Source: Chloropicon primus (taxonomy: Eukaryota). Taken from it: DNA of 64,000 nucleotides. The notes below the pieces were generated by a model. That model saw nothing but the letters and a program-made list of their open reading frames with translations. It was not told where the DNA came from and ran no database searches. How positions within the stretch are numbered: the stretch's first letter is position 1; each line of letters opens with the position of its first letter. Made by a program: the position numbers and the translations under genes. Positions 30,282 through 40,851 of this stretch are shown one piece after another. The DNA lies in contig CP060764.1 of NCBI GenBank assembly GCA_023205875.1, positions 1 through 64,000 on the forward strand, in the 5' to 3' direction.

Positions 30282-33227
30282 TCATCCATTTCGTTGGTGT
30301 CTTGGTCCCCTGGTTCTTGAAGCCCCCCTCGCGTAGCCTCCACCGTATTGTGGGGTAGTTGCCGACTTCACTTCCATGAGCTCGTCCACCACTTCGTTGA
30401 GGTCGGATCGCGCCCTCATCGCCTCCTTCTCCGCTTTCACCATCTGCCTCTTGTATCGCAGGACCTCCTTCTTGAGATTGGCCAACTCTCCCATGCTCTG
30501 GCTGCTCGTCTCGTTCATACTCTCGTACAAGTCCTTGGAGGACGTCAGGTGGCTCAGCCCAGGGCTCGGGGGCACGATGTCGTTCCTAGCGTTCCTCGTC
30601 TTTGGCGTGCTGCTCGGGTACACCTGGTCGTGGATCATTTCCTCCCTCCTGGCTCGAGCTTGGCTGAGACGGCGGTGGATGCCAGCTGCCGTGTTCTTGA
30701 TGGCGTAGTCGAGGGCCTCATCCGCGTGCCTGGCAAAGGGCAAGTAGCCCTTTGGCGTCCCCGATGGGTCGTATAACGACGCCGACCCCCCCCTCTCGCC
30801 ATAGATGCTGTTCCCCTCAGATTGGCCGGTGTATGAATCCGGATCGAAGTACCTCGGTGATTTGTTGTTCTTCGGCGGGGAGGAATTGGTGTGCCACACC
30901 GGCTTGCCCAGCTTGTTCAGTCGAAAGAGCGCATCTTTCGTCGAGGAGCTGAAGGACGTCCTGTGCGTGCTGACGTCCAAATCCACGCTGCTTCTTGCTG
31001 GTGGCGGGGTCGACGCCACCACAGGCGGGGATCTAGGGCTGGTGGCCGGGGCCCGAGGGGGAGCGGGCTTCCTTCGAGGAGAGGAGCTCACAGGCCGTGA
31101 TTCCTGAGGCGGGGCTACCGTGAAAGAAGTCTGCGAGTCTACGCTCAAGCCATCTTCCGATAACCTCGACGTGAAGTCCGAGATCGCTCGCCAGTTCTCC
31201 TCGGTTGGGTCCTTTCCTTTCTCATCTCTGATGGGGGAGTCGCCACTTTCGCTCTCCCTGGCGACTGCAACTGCAGCCAAAGAATTGTTCACGCGTTCCA
31301 AGAGCATGTTCCTCAGGACCGCCTCCCTCTCCTCCTCAACTTTATCGGTCCTTGCACTTCCAAGGGGTGATCCTGCTCCCTTCAGCATGATGTCCTCCTC
31401 CGAAGGTTTCATTTTGAGCTCCTCCTTCAGCCTGTTGAGGTCCTTTTCCCAGGCCACCTCCTTGTCAACGAACTCGCTGACCTTCTTCTCCAAAATCCGC
31501 TTCAGCTTGTTGGCGTTGGCCTGCTGGTTGACGAGGACCTTCTTGTCATCCCTCAGCTTCTCGATGGTCTGCTCCAGCTTGGCCACCCGAGGGTCAGCGG
31601 TCGTCGTGGCAAGGAGGAGCTTCTCCCTGAGACTCAAACACTCTTCGCGCAGGATCTCCACGTCCTTCTGGGACTGCTCGAACGCAGCCGTGATGTCCTC
31701 GAAGAGCTTGGGCGTTGGGTTGTTTTGACCCCCCAGAGCCTCCACGGCGGCTTGGTTTGCCTTGAGGGTCTCCACCTCGGCCTTTGACTTGGCCAGCTCA
31801 TCGGACACTCTCTGGAAGAGGGCGTACGTGGAGTGGGCCTCGCCGTTGATGATGAGAGGGCGGTCATCTTCAAGAATCTCGAGAAGGACCCTGCTCACCG
31901 CGGACTCGATGGACATCATGCAGTTCTCCTTGCTCGAAGAAACGAGCTTGTCGATCAGAATCTTCCTGTCCACCAAATCGGCGGCGTTGTCCTGAGCCAT
32001 CATGCCAATCTCAATCATGATGCCCTCCAAGTGCCTGTAGAAGTCATTGAACCCGCTGCTTATGCTGTTCACCACGGCGGTGGTCAACGTCGTCTCGTTG
32101 TTCGCTAGTACGGACAGGGCGCCCATGTTGCCAGGGGTCTGACAGCTGCTGTCTGCTCCCTTCTGAATCTTCTTCGGGCTCGTGAGTCCCTCCTCCGGGA
32201 AGGAGAACCCTAACGTCTCCATCATCTCCTCGTTCTCTTGAATCAGCTTTGACTTGTGATGCTCCACCCGTTTGAGCGAGAGCTTGGCCTTGTCCAGCTC
32301 CTGTTCTTTCTGCTTGAGATGCGACTCGAGCGTCTTAATCCTTTCAAAGAGGGAGTGCTCTCTGTTCTCTTTGCTGCTCAGCAAGTTGTGGTTCATCATC
32401 GTGATCTCCCGGACGTTGTCCAAGCTGTAACCAAGGTTCAAGGGAGGGGTTGTGGACGAAGTCTCTGTCTCTACCATTTTACTCCCCACGCCCCCAGGGC
32501 CCTCCTCGCCCCTGTCTGCGGAGGACGGTGTCTTGACGGTTGTAATAGCGAGGTGTCGCTGAAGCATTTGCCTCTGGGCCGCCTCCGCCGCCTCCCTCGC
32601 CTTCCTCTCCTGCGCCAGCCTCTCCCTCAGCTGCTTCTCTGTGTCCCTCAAGGAGTCCATCCTTTGCTCCAAGTCAGTCCGCACCTTGACTTCTTGGTCG
32701 TGCCTTCTCTCCAACCGAAGCTCAGACTCCCTGTACTTCATCTCAAGCCTGCGGTGCGCGTCCTCGTGATGCCTCTTGGCCTTCTTGAAGCTCTCCTCCG
32801 ACTTTCTGTTGAAGTCCTGTGCCTTGACCAGCTGGGCCGTCCTCTCCGAGAGCTGCAAGTCAAACACTTCCCTTCTGGTCCTCTCGATATGCAAGTTCTC
32901 TTTGGCCTCCTTGAGCTGCTCCTCCTTCTCTCGCAGGGAAAGGGACAGGGTGAGAGAACCCTTCGCAAGGGCTTGGAAGCTCTTCACCATGGAAGCCCTC
33001 GCATCCTGTGCCGCTTCTGCAGCCTTGCTCCCAACACCCTGGCCCTCCTCCTCGCCTTTCCGTTCCCCTGCCTCCGCACTCGGCGCCTCCTGCGCTCCTT
33101 CAACCACCTTCAAAGCTTCCTCGTGCCTTGACACTTGCTGCTTGATGAAGTCCTCGAAACTTGCAAAGGCCTCGGGGTCATCCAGCTCCCTCCCCTGCTT
33201 CTCTCCGTTGGCCAAAAGCAAAGCCAT
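30282..33227 (-). CDS. Long coiled-coil protein, unknown function
   Basis: 981-aa ATG ORF with E/K/L heptads and genome-typical codon usage. Confidence 0.8.
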   Translation of the reverse strand: MALLLANGEKQGRELDDPEAFASFEDFIKQQVSRHEEALKVVEGAQEAPSAEAGERKGEEEGQGVGSKAAEAAQDARASMVKSFQALAKGSLTLSLSLREKEEQLKEAKENLHIERTRREVFDLQLSERTAQLVKAQDFNRKSEESFKKAKRHHEDAHRRLEMKYRESELRLERRHDQEVKVRTDLEQRMDSLRDTEKQLRERLAQERKAREAAEAAQRQMLQRHLAITTVKTPSSADRGEEGPGGVGSKMVETETSSTTPPLNLGYSLDNVREITMMNHNLLSSKENREHSLFERIKTLESHLKQKEQELDKAKLSLKRVEHHKSKLIQENEEMMETLGFSFPEEGLTSPKKIQKGADSSCQTPGNMGALSVLANNETTLTTAVVNSISSGFNDFYRHLEGIMIEIGMMAQDNAADLVDRKILIDKLVSSSKENCMMSIESAVSRVLLEILEDDRPLIINGEAHSTYALFQRVSDELAKSKAEVETLKANQAAVEALGGQNNPTPKLFEDITAAFEQSQKDVEILREECLSLREKLLLATTTADPRVAKLEQTIEKLRDDKKVLVNQQANANKLKRILEKKVSEFVDKEVAWEKDLNRLKEELKMKPSEEDIMLKGAGSPLGSARTDKVEEEREAVLRNMLLERVNNSLAAVAVARESESGDSPIRDEKGKDPTEENWRAISDFTSRLSEDGLSVDSQTSFTVAPPQESRPVSSSPRRKPAPPRAPATSPRSPPVVASTPPPARSSVDLDVSTHRTSFSSSTKDALFRLNKLGKPVWHTNSSPPKNNKSPRYFDPDSYTGQSEGNSIYGERGGSASLYDPSGTPKGYLPFARHADEALDYAIKNTAAGIHRRLSQARARREEMIHDQVYPSSTPKTRNARNDIVPPSPGLSHLTSSKDLYESMNETSSQSMGELANLKKEVLRYKRQMVKAEKEAMRARSDLNEVVDELMEVKSATTPQYGGGYARGASRTRGPRHQRNG

Positions 33228-33732
33228 GCTTGGCAGGACTCTTCACCACCACTCGGCTTTGGCTCGCTCAATTGGAAACAGTGAGTCCAATGCAGTGCCA
33301 GGACCAGGACGTCTTCGTCACAAAGGCGTATCTTTGAGGAACTGCAAGCGTCCTCGTGCCCCTCCTCGTCTTGTCTCTCGCACCCGGACCGGTCTTGAGG
33401 TTGCGCCGTACCCAAGGCGCCACCTTGGAAGCGTTAAGCGAATTCAATTTAGGGGAGAGAGAGCAGGAAAAAGGGGAGGAGGACGATCATGACGATGGGT
33501 GATGGGTGATGACGATGGGTGGGTGCGTGGGCGCGATGTCTCCATCATGGGAGGAGGTTCTCTTTTTCGAACAATAATATTACACCCCCCCAATTTAGTC
33601 CTCCGGCGTCCCCGCCGGGCTAGTCCTTGTTCGGCTGCTCGCAACGAACCTACGTGCTCTTGGCGAACTTGTGCTGGTACAGCAGCTCGGAGAATAGACG
33701 ATATTGCTGGAAGAAAGGAAAGGTCAGTCGCT

Positions 33733-35817
33733 TCAATTCGTGATCACAGCGGTGGGATTGGTTGTTCTGATGATTGATATGGTCAGCTTACTCACCTGCT
33801 CACTCAGACGGTGCATCCTCTCTTTGAGTTCTTGGAACTGCTTGACTCTGATTTCCTCGCTTTGTAGAATCATTTCTTTGAGGTTGTAGAGCGACATCTC
33901 CTTGCTCTCAGCCTTGATCCTCTCCTCCTTCCTCTTCTTGTACCGCTTGAAGGCCCTCTGGATGAGACAAACCACCCGAATCAGCTTATTCAGTTCCATA
34001 GTGCCGTCCAGCGACCTCCTCACCACGGTCATCTTCCCCTCGTTCGTAAAATCTCTCAGGTGCTCGTGTGCCAAAATTTTCGCCCACGCCTCGGCCTCGG
34101 TGTCGCACTCCTGCATCGCTTTGCGAGAGTAATCTCTCATGAGGTTCACGGCCTTCGCGTACCGAATCACGTTCTTCCTGCAGATGGCTTGGACGACCTG
34201 CCTCTTCAGCTTGGCCCTCACCAACGGGTACTTGTCCAGGATCATCTGGAAGTCGGTGTAGTCTATGGTGTTCGTATCCACGAAGGTCAAGGACGACACG
34301 GAGCTCAGGGAGTACTTGGATTGAAGCATCTCGTTTCCAATCAGGGTGTTCTGACCCTGGATTCGACCCTCCTTGAACACGAGCCCCCTCGTGACGATGT
34401 ACAGCCTATCGATCCTCTTGCCTTGCATGACCATGGCCTCAAAAGGCGAGAAAGACACGCTCTTCAGGGCAAAGGCGATCTTGACGATCATCTCCTTGGG
34501 CGCGCTCTGGAACAGCTCGATTTTGCTCATCCAGTCCACGTTCACCGCGAGGGCCGCGTCCTGCTGAAGCTTGGGTGACATGAGCTGCAACACCGTCTGC
34601 CACTTTCGGAAGTTGTACTTGCTCCTCTTGGTGTAACGAATGAAGGACCGCAGCCTCCTGGCCAGCTCAGGCTCGATCTTGTTCTCTGAGATGAATGCGT
34701 TCAGGGCATCCATCACCTGGTTGAACTCGCCGCTGGTTTGGTTCAAGTTGGAAATGATGCCGCAGATGGAACCCACCACGTAGGCTTGCATGGAGGCCCC
34801 GAACAGCATGGCGATGATCAAGTACACCCTCTCTCCCGTCGTCTTGGGCTGGACATCGCCGTAGCCCACCGTTGTCACTGTCATCACGCTCAGGTAGAGG
34901 GCCACGATGTACTTCGCGTAATAGCTCGGTTCCGCTTCGTATTCGTTGAAGTAGCCCGTGATCCAATTCAAGTGCACGAGTTTCCCCTCCTCGTCCTCGC
35001 TGAAGATGCTGTACCCGTCCTCCAAGTCGCTCGGCTCCTCGATCCGCGCGACGACGTGCCACCCGCACGCCATGAAGTGGGAGATGAACATCGAGATAAA
35101 GATGAACCTAAGAAGCCGCCTGGTGCCGTGCCTGAACTCGAAAAACTCCTGAGCCCTTTGCATCAGCTCCTTTGAGTTGATCATCTTCACCAGCTTGGCC
35201 AGCCTGACGAGCTTGAGGAGTCGGAGAATTTTCAGGGCCTCTGCCTTGTCCCCGGCCCCAAAGAGTATGGCGAGCTGGTCGAAGGGAAGGCAGGATATGA
35301 AGTCAACGAAAAAGTAACCTCTCAAGTACTGGCTTCGTATCACCTTCAGGTCCGCTATGGGTATCCCAGTGTTCTCGTCGAAGCTCATTCTGTTGAAGTT
35401 CAGCAGGAGGTCCACGAAGAAGGAGCAGTCCACCACGTAGTTCACCACGAGCAGCCACACGGGGATGAGGTCCGAGCTCAGAAAGCAGACCTCGAAAGGC
35501 GTGACTATCGTAGTGAACAGGAGGAGGATCACCATGTAGATGTCCCAGCCCCCGACGAAAACATTGCGCGGATCCACCAGGTACCACTTGTCCGTCAAGC
35601 CCTTCCTGTTGGAGAATTCTTTCACAAAGTGACTCAGTGACCTCCCAAACTCCACTGAGTACGTCCTCGCCCTGCTAAACTTGCTTTCGCCTCTCTTTGG
35701 CTTGCCCCCCGGCCCCTGTCCTCCGGCTCCCGCGCCCGCGCCGCTGGGACTAGTGCCCCCCGTTCCCGAGATCTTGTCGCCCCAGGACGGGAAGGAGAAG
35801 TTGCTCTGGCGCCTCAT
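33733..35817 (-). CDS. Voltage-gated K+ channel with cyclic-nucleotide-binding domain (Shaker/EAG-like)
   Basis: S4 LKILRLLKLVRLAKL; selectivity filter TTVGYGD; C-linker and CNBD. Confidence 0.93.
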   Translation of the reverse strand: MRRQSNFSFPSWGDKISGTGGTSPSGAGAGAGGQGPGGKPKRGESKFSRARTYSVEFGRSLSHFVKEFSNRKGLTDKWYLVDPRNVFVGGWDIYMVILLLFTTIVTPFEVCFLSSDLIPVWLLVVNYVVDCSFFVDLLLNFNRMSFDENTGIPIADLKVIRSQYLRGYFFVDFISCLPFDQLAILFGAGDKAEALKILRLLKLVRLAKLVKMINSKELMQRAQEFFEFRHGTRRLLRFIFISMFISHFMACGWHVVARIEEPSDLEDGYSIFSEDEEGKLVHLNWITGYFNEYEAEPSYYAKYIVALYLSVMTVTTVGYGDVQPKTTGERVYLIIAMLFGASMQAYVVGSICGIISNLNQTSGEFNQVMDALNAFISENKIEPELARRLRSFIRYTKRSKYNFRKWQTVLQLMSPKLQQDAALAVNVDWMSKIELFQSAPKEMIVKIAFALKSVSFSPFEAMVMQGKRIDRLYIVTRGLVFKEGRIQGQNTLIGNEMLQSKYSLSSVSSLTFVDTNTIDYTDFQMILDKYPLVRAKLKRQVVQAICRKNVIRYAKAVNLMRDYSRKAMQECDTEAEAWAKILAHEHLRDFTNEGKMTVVRRSLDGTMELNKLIRVVCLIQRAFKRYKKRKEERIKAESKEMSLYNLKEMILQSEEIRVKQFQELKERMHRLSEQVSKLTISIIRTTNPTAVITN

Positions 35818-36450
35818 GGTTGGTGTGGTTCCCCACTTCCTTGGCCAAACTTAAAAGCTTGCCCCTCTCCCCTCTCCTTGAAGCTCTGCTCCTCCCGGAA
35901 GTAGTGCGTGTCGTGTCGTCCCGAGTCCCAAGACCTCAGAGTCGACCGCTCGGTCCGTCACCCGGCAACGCTATAGGCTTTAGGTCCGCAGGCAGGTCAC
36001 ACGCTCGTCCTCTCCCACTTCGTTGCTCGTATCCCTTCGCCCCGTCCTTTCCTTCATCTTTGCCTCCCACAGCCAAGGAGGTGGTTTCAAAGCCAACGTT
36101 GAAAGCCACCCCAAGAGAAAACGAACACAAGCAAGAGAAAACCCTATTCACGAGGGAGCAAGCGTCTCGCCCCAGCAGCAAAACTTGCTCCCAGCACCTT
36201 TGCACAAAGGTCTGTAGCTCCCAGGTAGGTCAAGCCCAGTCAAACCCTTTCCAGCGCCTTTGGAGCACGAACACACACAGAGGGACACAAACACAATCAA
36301 TCAAGAAGAAACCGAGGAAACCCTCCCTATTGACCCAACCTCACAACACCAGCGGTCTCGTCCCTAGCACACCCTTTGGCTCCCCCAGCACCGTTTCCAA
36401 AATTGTCCATGGGTTCCCTGCCCTTTTCGATTTGAACTGTGACGTAACTC

Positions 36451-36530
36451 AAACCCTAAAACCTCTAAAACCCTAAAACCTCTAAAACCCTAAAACCTCT
36501 AAAACCCTAAAACCACTAAAGACCTAAAAC
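36451..36530. repeat. Interstitial telomere-like array, (CCCTAAAA-CCTCTAAAA)n
   Basis: 17-bp dimeric unit, about 4.5 copies, between divergent genes. Confidence 0.85.
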
Positions 36531-36921
36531 GATCGAGATCTTATTGGCGGGTGAGGGGGTCGGAAGCTCCTGGGTGCTGATTGCGACGAGGACCGACGAG
36601 AAGGGCGACGGCGGAGAGGGAAGAGGCGTCTTTTGGTTCGGCCTTTGGAATCTACGTCCTCAGGGCTTTCCGTGGACCCCTCATTCGAAGGATTTGGTGA
36701 CCGGAGTGGCCGGAGAGGTCCGTCGGAAGGGCAGGGAGGCAGGGAGAGGGTGGAGCAGAGGGGGCAGAGGGGAGGCGTTCGGGAAGGAAGGGAGGAGAGG
36801 GGCGGGTCAGGGAGGGAGGGTCCCTGCGGATGGAACATTGGTATCGTGAGGAACCTGGTACGAGGGGGAGGAAGACGACGGGAACAGAACGGGAGGGCAG
36901 GAGGAGGAAGCGAGCGTGTGG

Positions 36922-38577
36922 ATGTTTCCTGGGCAGCATCATACGACGACGATGACGACGATGTTGCCTTCCACGTCGAGCAGGCTTCAGGAGGGGTGGG
37001 GTTTGGGTTACCCCTTGAGGTGGGGAGGGAGGTTCACGCCGCCGCCGCCGCCGTCGTCGCCCGCCTTGTCGAGGTTTGGGGCAAGGAAGGGGCGCCGGGG
37101 GGTTTGTTGGAGGGAGAGGGGCCAACAGCAGTCGGTGCTGCGTTGTCGGGCTCAGGTGGACAAGGAGCGGGGGCAGGAGGGGGCGAGGAGCCAAGGGGAT
37201 GGTGATCTCGACGGAGTCTCTCTCGTGGAGGACGACAAGGAAGTCACTGCCCTTTCGACGCTCAGGGAGTTCAAGGACTATTTTTTCTTCCGCTTCAGCG
37301 AGCTGGAGGGTCGGTACCAAGTGATTCTGGGCATAGCCGTCGCGTTTGTGATCTGCAACATGGACAGGGTGAACATATCCGTGGCGGTCATTCCGATGTC
37401 CGCGGATTACGGGTGGACTCCGACCCAGGCGGGCCTCATACAGTCGGCCTTCTTCTACGGGTATTTGGTGGCTCAGCTCCCGGGGGGCTGGCTGGCCAAC
37501 AAGTTTGGGGGGGAGAAGGTTCTCCCCTTCGGGGTGTTCCTCTGGTCGGCGGCCACGTTTGCGGTGCCGTTCCTGACGGGGGATACGGGGGCGCTGTACC
37601 TGTCGAGGGCGGCGGTCGGCCTGGGCGAGGGCATCAGCCCGCCCGCGGCCGTGGATATCATCGCAAAAAGGGTGCCGGTGAATGAGAGGTCCAGGGCAAC
37701 CACCTTCGTTTTCGGGAGCATGCACGTCGGGACGATCTCTGGGCTCCTGATCGCGCCAGCCTTGATCAAGATGCTCGGCTGGCCGTCCGTCTTCATCGTT
37801 TTCGGGGCCGTCGGAGTCATATGGTGCTTTTGGTTCGAAAGCTTCTTCTCGAAGAATGAGGAGAGGCTGAACATGGAGATGGAGGCGAGCACGGGGGCCG
37901 AGGTTGGGAACGGAAACGACTCGTCTGCTGCGTCGACGGTGAAGGAGAAGATCAAGAGCGAGCAAGTCCCGTGGGGCGCCATCGCGAAGAGCACCCCCAT
38001 CAGGGCCCTGACTTACATCCACTTTTGCAACAATTGGGCGCAGTACTCGATCTTGGCCTGGCTGCCGACTTTCTACAAGGACGAGCTCGGGATGAAGCTC
38101 CACGAGGCCGCCCAGTTGTCCTTGCTCCCCGCCCTAGCGGGTATCGCCGTGTCCTTTTTCGCGGCCCCCCTGGCAGACAACCTGGTCGAGGGAGGGATGC
38201 CAGTCACTCACGTGAGGAAGATCATGCAGGGTGTAGCCTTCGCAGCGCCGGCTGGTTGCATGCTCGCCTGCATGGCCGGGGACGAGCACTTGGTGACTTG
38301 GCTTCTCCCCCTCGGGATAGGATTCCAGGCCTTCTCTCTCGCAGGGTTATACTGCAATCATCAAGACATCTCTCCGAAATACGCCAGCATCCTTTCGGGG
38401 ACCACCCACTTGTTCGCGAGCTTGCCCGGCGTCTTCGGCGTGCCCTTCACCGGGTGGCTGCTGGACCACACCGGCTCTTGGTCCATCAGCTTGTTCGTTC
38501 CCTGCTTGTTCTTCTACATCAGCGGAATCCTTGTGTACACCAAGTGGGGCAGCGGAGAGGAAATCGCATTTGAGTGA
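36922..38577 (+). CDS. PHT4/ANTR-family MFS anion (phosphate) transporter, probably plastid
   Basis: AFVICNMDRVNISVAVIPM, QSAFFYGY..QLPGG, GLYCNHQDISPKYA. Confidence 0.92.
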   Translation: MFPGQHHTTTMTTMLPSTSSRLQEGWGLGYPLRWGGRFTPPPPPSSPALSRFGARKGRRGVCWRERGQQQSVLRCRAQVDKERGQEGARSQGDGDLDGVSLVEDDKEVTALSTLREFKDYFFFRFSELEGRYQVILGIAVAFVICNMDRVNISVAVIPMSADYGWTPTQAGLIQSAFFYGYLVAQLPGGWLANKFGGEKVLPFGVFLWSAATFAVPFLTGDTGALYLSRAAVGLGEGISPPAAVDIIAKRVPVNERSRATTFVFGSMHVGTISGLLIAPALIKMLGWPSVFIVFGAVGVIWCFWFESFFSKNEERLNMEMEASTGAEVGNGNDSSAASTVKEKIKSEQVPWGAIAKSTPIRALTYIHFCNNWAQYSILAWLPTFYKDELGMKLHEAAQLSLLPALAGIAVSFFAAPLADNLVEGGMPVTHVRKIMQGVAFAAPAGCMLACMAGDEHLVTWLLPLGIGFQAFSLAGLYCNHQDISPKYASILSGTTHLFASLPGVFGVPFTGWLLDHTGSWSISLFVPCLFFYISGILVYTKWGSGEEIAFE

Positions 38578-39011
38578 GAAGGCTTGTTGTTGGAGCTGGA
38601 GGCAGACTCCACGCTCGCTTCAGTCCAAGCCAAACCAATTCCGCTTGTGCGTCAAGAAATTTTGTTTCTCTGTGGAGGATTTTCATATAAACCGTGTTTC
38701 ACCGCGTCCCCCGCGTCCCCCCCCCTCCTCCTCCTCCCTCCCTCAAAATCAAAGGACTCTTCTCTTTGCAGAAGCAGGTGGAAGTACAAGGAGCAAGATC
38801 CAGCGGAAGGAGCAAGATCCAATGGAAGAGACCATGCAAGACACAAAGCCCTCCCAATCCTCCCTCCCCTCCATCACAATCATCGACCATCCCCTCCCTG
38901 GATCCATCCATCCATCGCCATGGCTTCCTCCTCATCTGATCCAAAACTTCTGGCTCTCAGCGGCGCTGGCCGAGGTGGGCAGAGGGGTCGAGCACCTTGG
39001 CGGGCAGGAGC

Positions 39012-40016
39012 ATGGGTTGCGGGAGAGTGAGGCAAGAGAGGAGCGGCACGGGAAGGCGAAGGATGCTCCGCTCCCTGCCACAACGCAGCACGAGGCGTGG
39101 CAACGCCAAAGCGGAGAGGGGAAGGACACGAACCGAGAGGCCACACCCACACCAGGAGGATGGGGATGGAGGGTGGAGGGTGGAGGAGGGGAGGCTGGGG
39201 AGGAGGAGGGCGCTGGGACTGGGGATCTCTCTGGCGGGAGTACTCTTGCGGCGGGATGCGAAGGCGGAGCCGGAGCGGGAGCTGGAGACGGAACCGGAGG
39301 TCGTGGTGGAGAGAAAGGTTTTAGAAGTAGTGAGTTCAGAGGAAGGTCCGCTGGTGGCCGACCCGGTGGCGAAGCCGGTGGCGGAGGGAGACTCGGGGCA
39401 GGCGGAGTCGTTGCCTTCCCCCTCTTCGAGCGAGGGCGATCTGCGGGAGCCAGCCGCCGACGAGGAGCCTAGCAGGACCAGCCCAAACCCAAGTGCCCTT
39501 CCGTCTGGGGAGGCTCCGCCGCCTCCGGACGGGAGTGAGCGAGGTCCAGAGGCTGGTGAGCAAGAGAAGCCGCCGGAAGCGAGTCAAGAAAAGCTGGAGA
39601 AGCCAACCGAGCAGCCAGTTGAAAAGGAGAAGGAGAAGAAGGAAAACATTTTTAGTGTGAGGAAGTCCAAAGTCAGGGAGCTTCAAGAGGTAAGAAGGAA
39701 GGCAGCACGCGCAAGACATCCCCTCGGGCCTCACTACCAGGTCTCTCGCTTCGCCGCTCGGGCGCCTGACAGGAATTTCCCCCTTTTGTCGTGTCCTGCA
39801 CGCCACCAGCTTCGAAACAGCTTGAAGGAGAAGGAGTTTGCGCTGATGGAGAAACAACAGGAGCTCGAGGGGAAGGAGCAAACTATCATCGTCATGAAGG
39901 AGCAGCTTGCGCTGGAAAAGAAGATCAGGGATATTCTGATCGAAGAGAAGGAGAAAGCCGTCGAGGAGGCAAAGCTGACGGCAGGCTTGTGCGCTCAAGG
40001 AGGGATGATGCCTTGA
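39012..40016 (+). CDS. Unknown protein with C-terminal coiled coil; probable intron ~39690-39810
   Basis: ORF with a GTAAGA..CCAG intron-like segment and a coiled-coil tail; start uncertain. Confidence 0.55.
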   Translation: MGCGRVRQERSGTGRRRMLRSLPQRSTRRGNAKAERGRTRTERPHPHQEDGDGGWRVEEGRLGRRRALGLGISLAGVLLRRDAKAEPERELETEPEVVVERKVLEVVSSEEGPLVADPVAKPVAEGDSGQAESLPSPSSSEGDLREPAADEEPSRTSPNPSALPSGEAPPPPDGSERGPEAGEQEKPPEASQEKLEKPTEQPVEKEKEKKENIFSVRKSKVRELQEVRRKAARARHPLGPHYQVSRFAARAPDRNFPLLSCPARHQLRNSLKEKEFALMEKQQELEGKEQTIIVMKEQLALEKKIRDILIEEKEKAVEEAKLTAGLCAQGGMMP

Positions 40017-40230
40017 AACATCCTGTTCTGTTTTTCATCATCCTTCCTCGGGCGGGGTGCACGCGGGGTGCAGGCAACCACCACCATGGCTCCCTCCCCC
40101 TCGTTGCACACGCATTTGGGCCCATCCACGAGCAGGTAACCTCCGTGGTAGTCCATTGTTTTGTATTCATTCATGCATTCCCTCTCTCCCTCAAGTGGTC
40201 CTCGTCCGCGGGCTGCTGACCCACTCGAGA

Positions 40231-40437
40231 AGCCTTGATCCATCCATCCAGAAAAACACAGAGAGAGTGAGTGAGAGAGAGAGAGAGTGTGTGTGTGTAA
40301 CAGATGCTTCGTGAATGAGATCCAATCCAATCCAATCCAATCCAAACCCTTGTCCCTTGTCCCTTGTCCCTTGTCCCTCTCCGCTTGAGCCCCTTGCCTT
40401 CAGCCTTGATCCATCCATCCAGAAAAACACAGAGAGA

Positions 40438-40468
<31 letters not shown>

Positions 40469-40545
40469 TAACAGATGCTTCGTGAATGAGATCCAATCCA
40501 ATCCAATCCAAACCCTTGTCCCTTGTCCCTCTCTCCGCCTTGAGT
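40231..40545. repeat. Two-copy ~171-bp tandem repeat containing GT/GA/ATCCA/CCCTTGT microsatellites
   Basis: AGCCTTGATCCATCCATCCAGAAAAACACAGAGAG at 40231 and 40402. Confidence 0.85.
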
Positions 40546-40851
40546 CCCAGTCCCCCTAGTCCCCCTTGCCTCCTCTGCATCCGGCCATTCAAAGCAGGAG
40601 GGCGGAGAGAGGCGAGGTGAGTGCGTGCGTTTGAAGCGGAGCGGAAGGGAAGGGAAGGGAAGGGAAGGGGCAAGGAATTGAAAAAGGAAGTCCCACCGTT
40701 TAGTCCCGTCCCGCTACCTCTCGTCTTTCTTCTCTTCTCTTCTCTTTCCAAGGACCCCTCGCTGACCTCGACAAGCATCGTGTTCGTGTTGCAGACAGGC
40801 CAAGGCCAAGGGGAAGGAAGTGATCGGTGATCGGTGGTTCGTGGTCGTATC

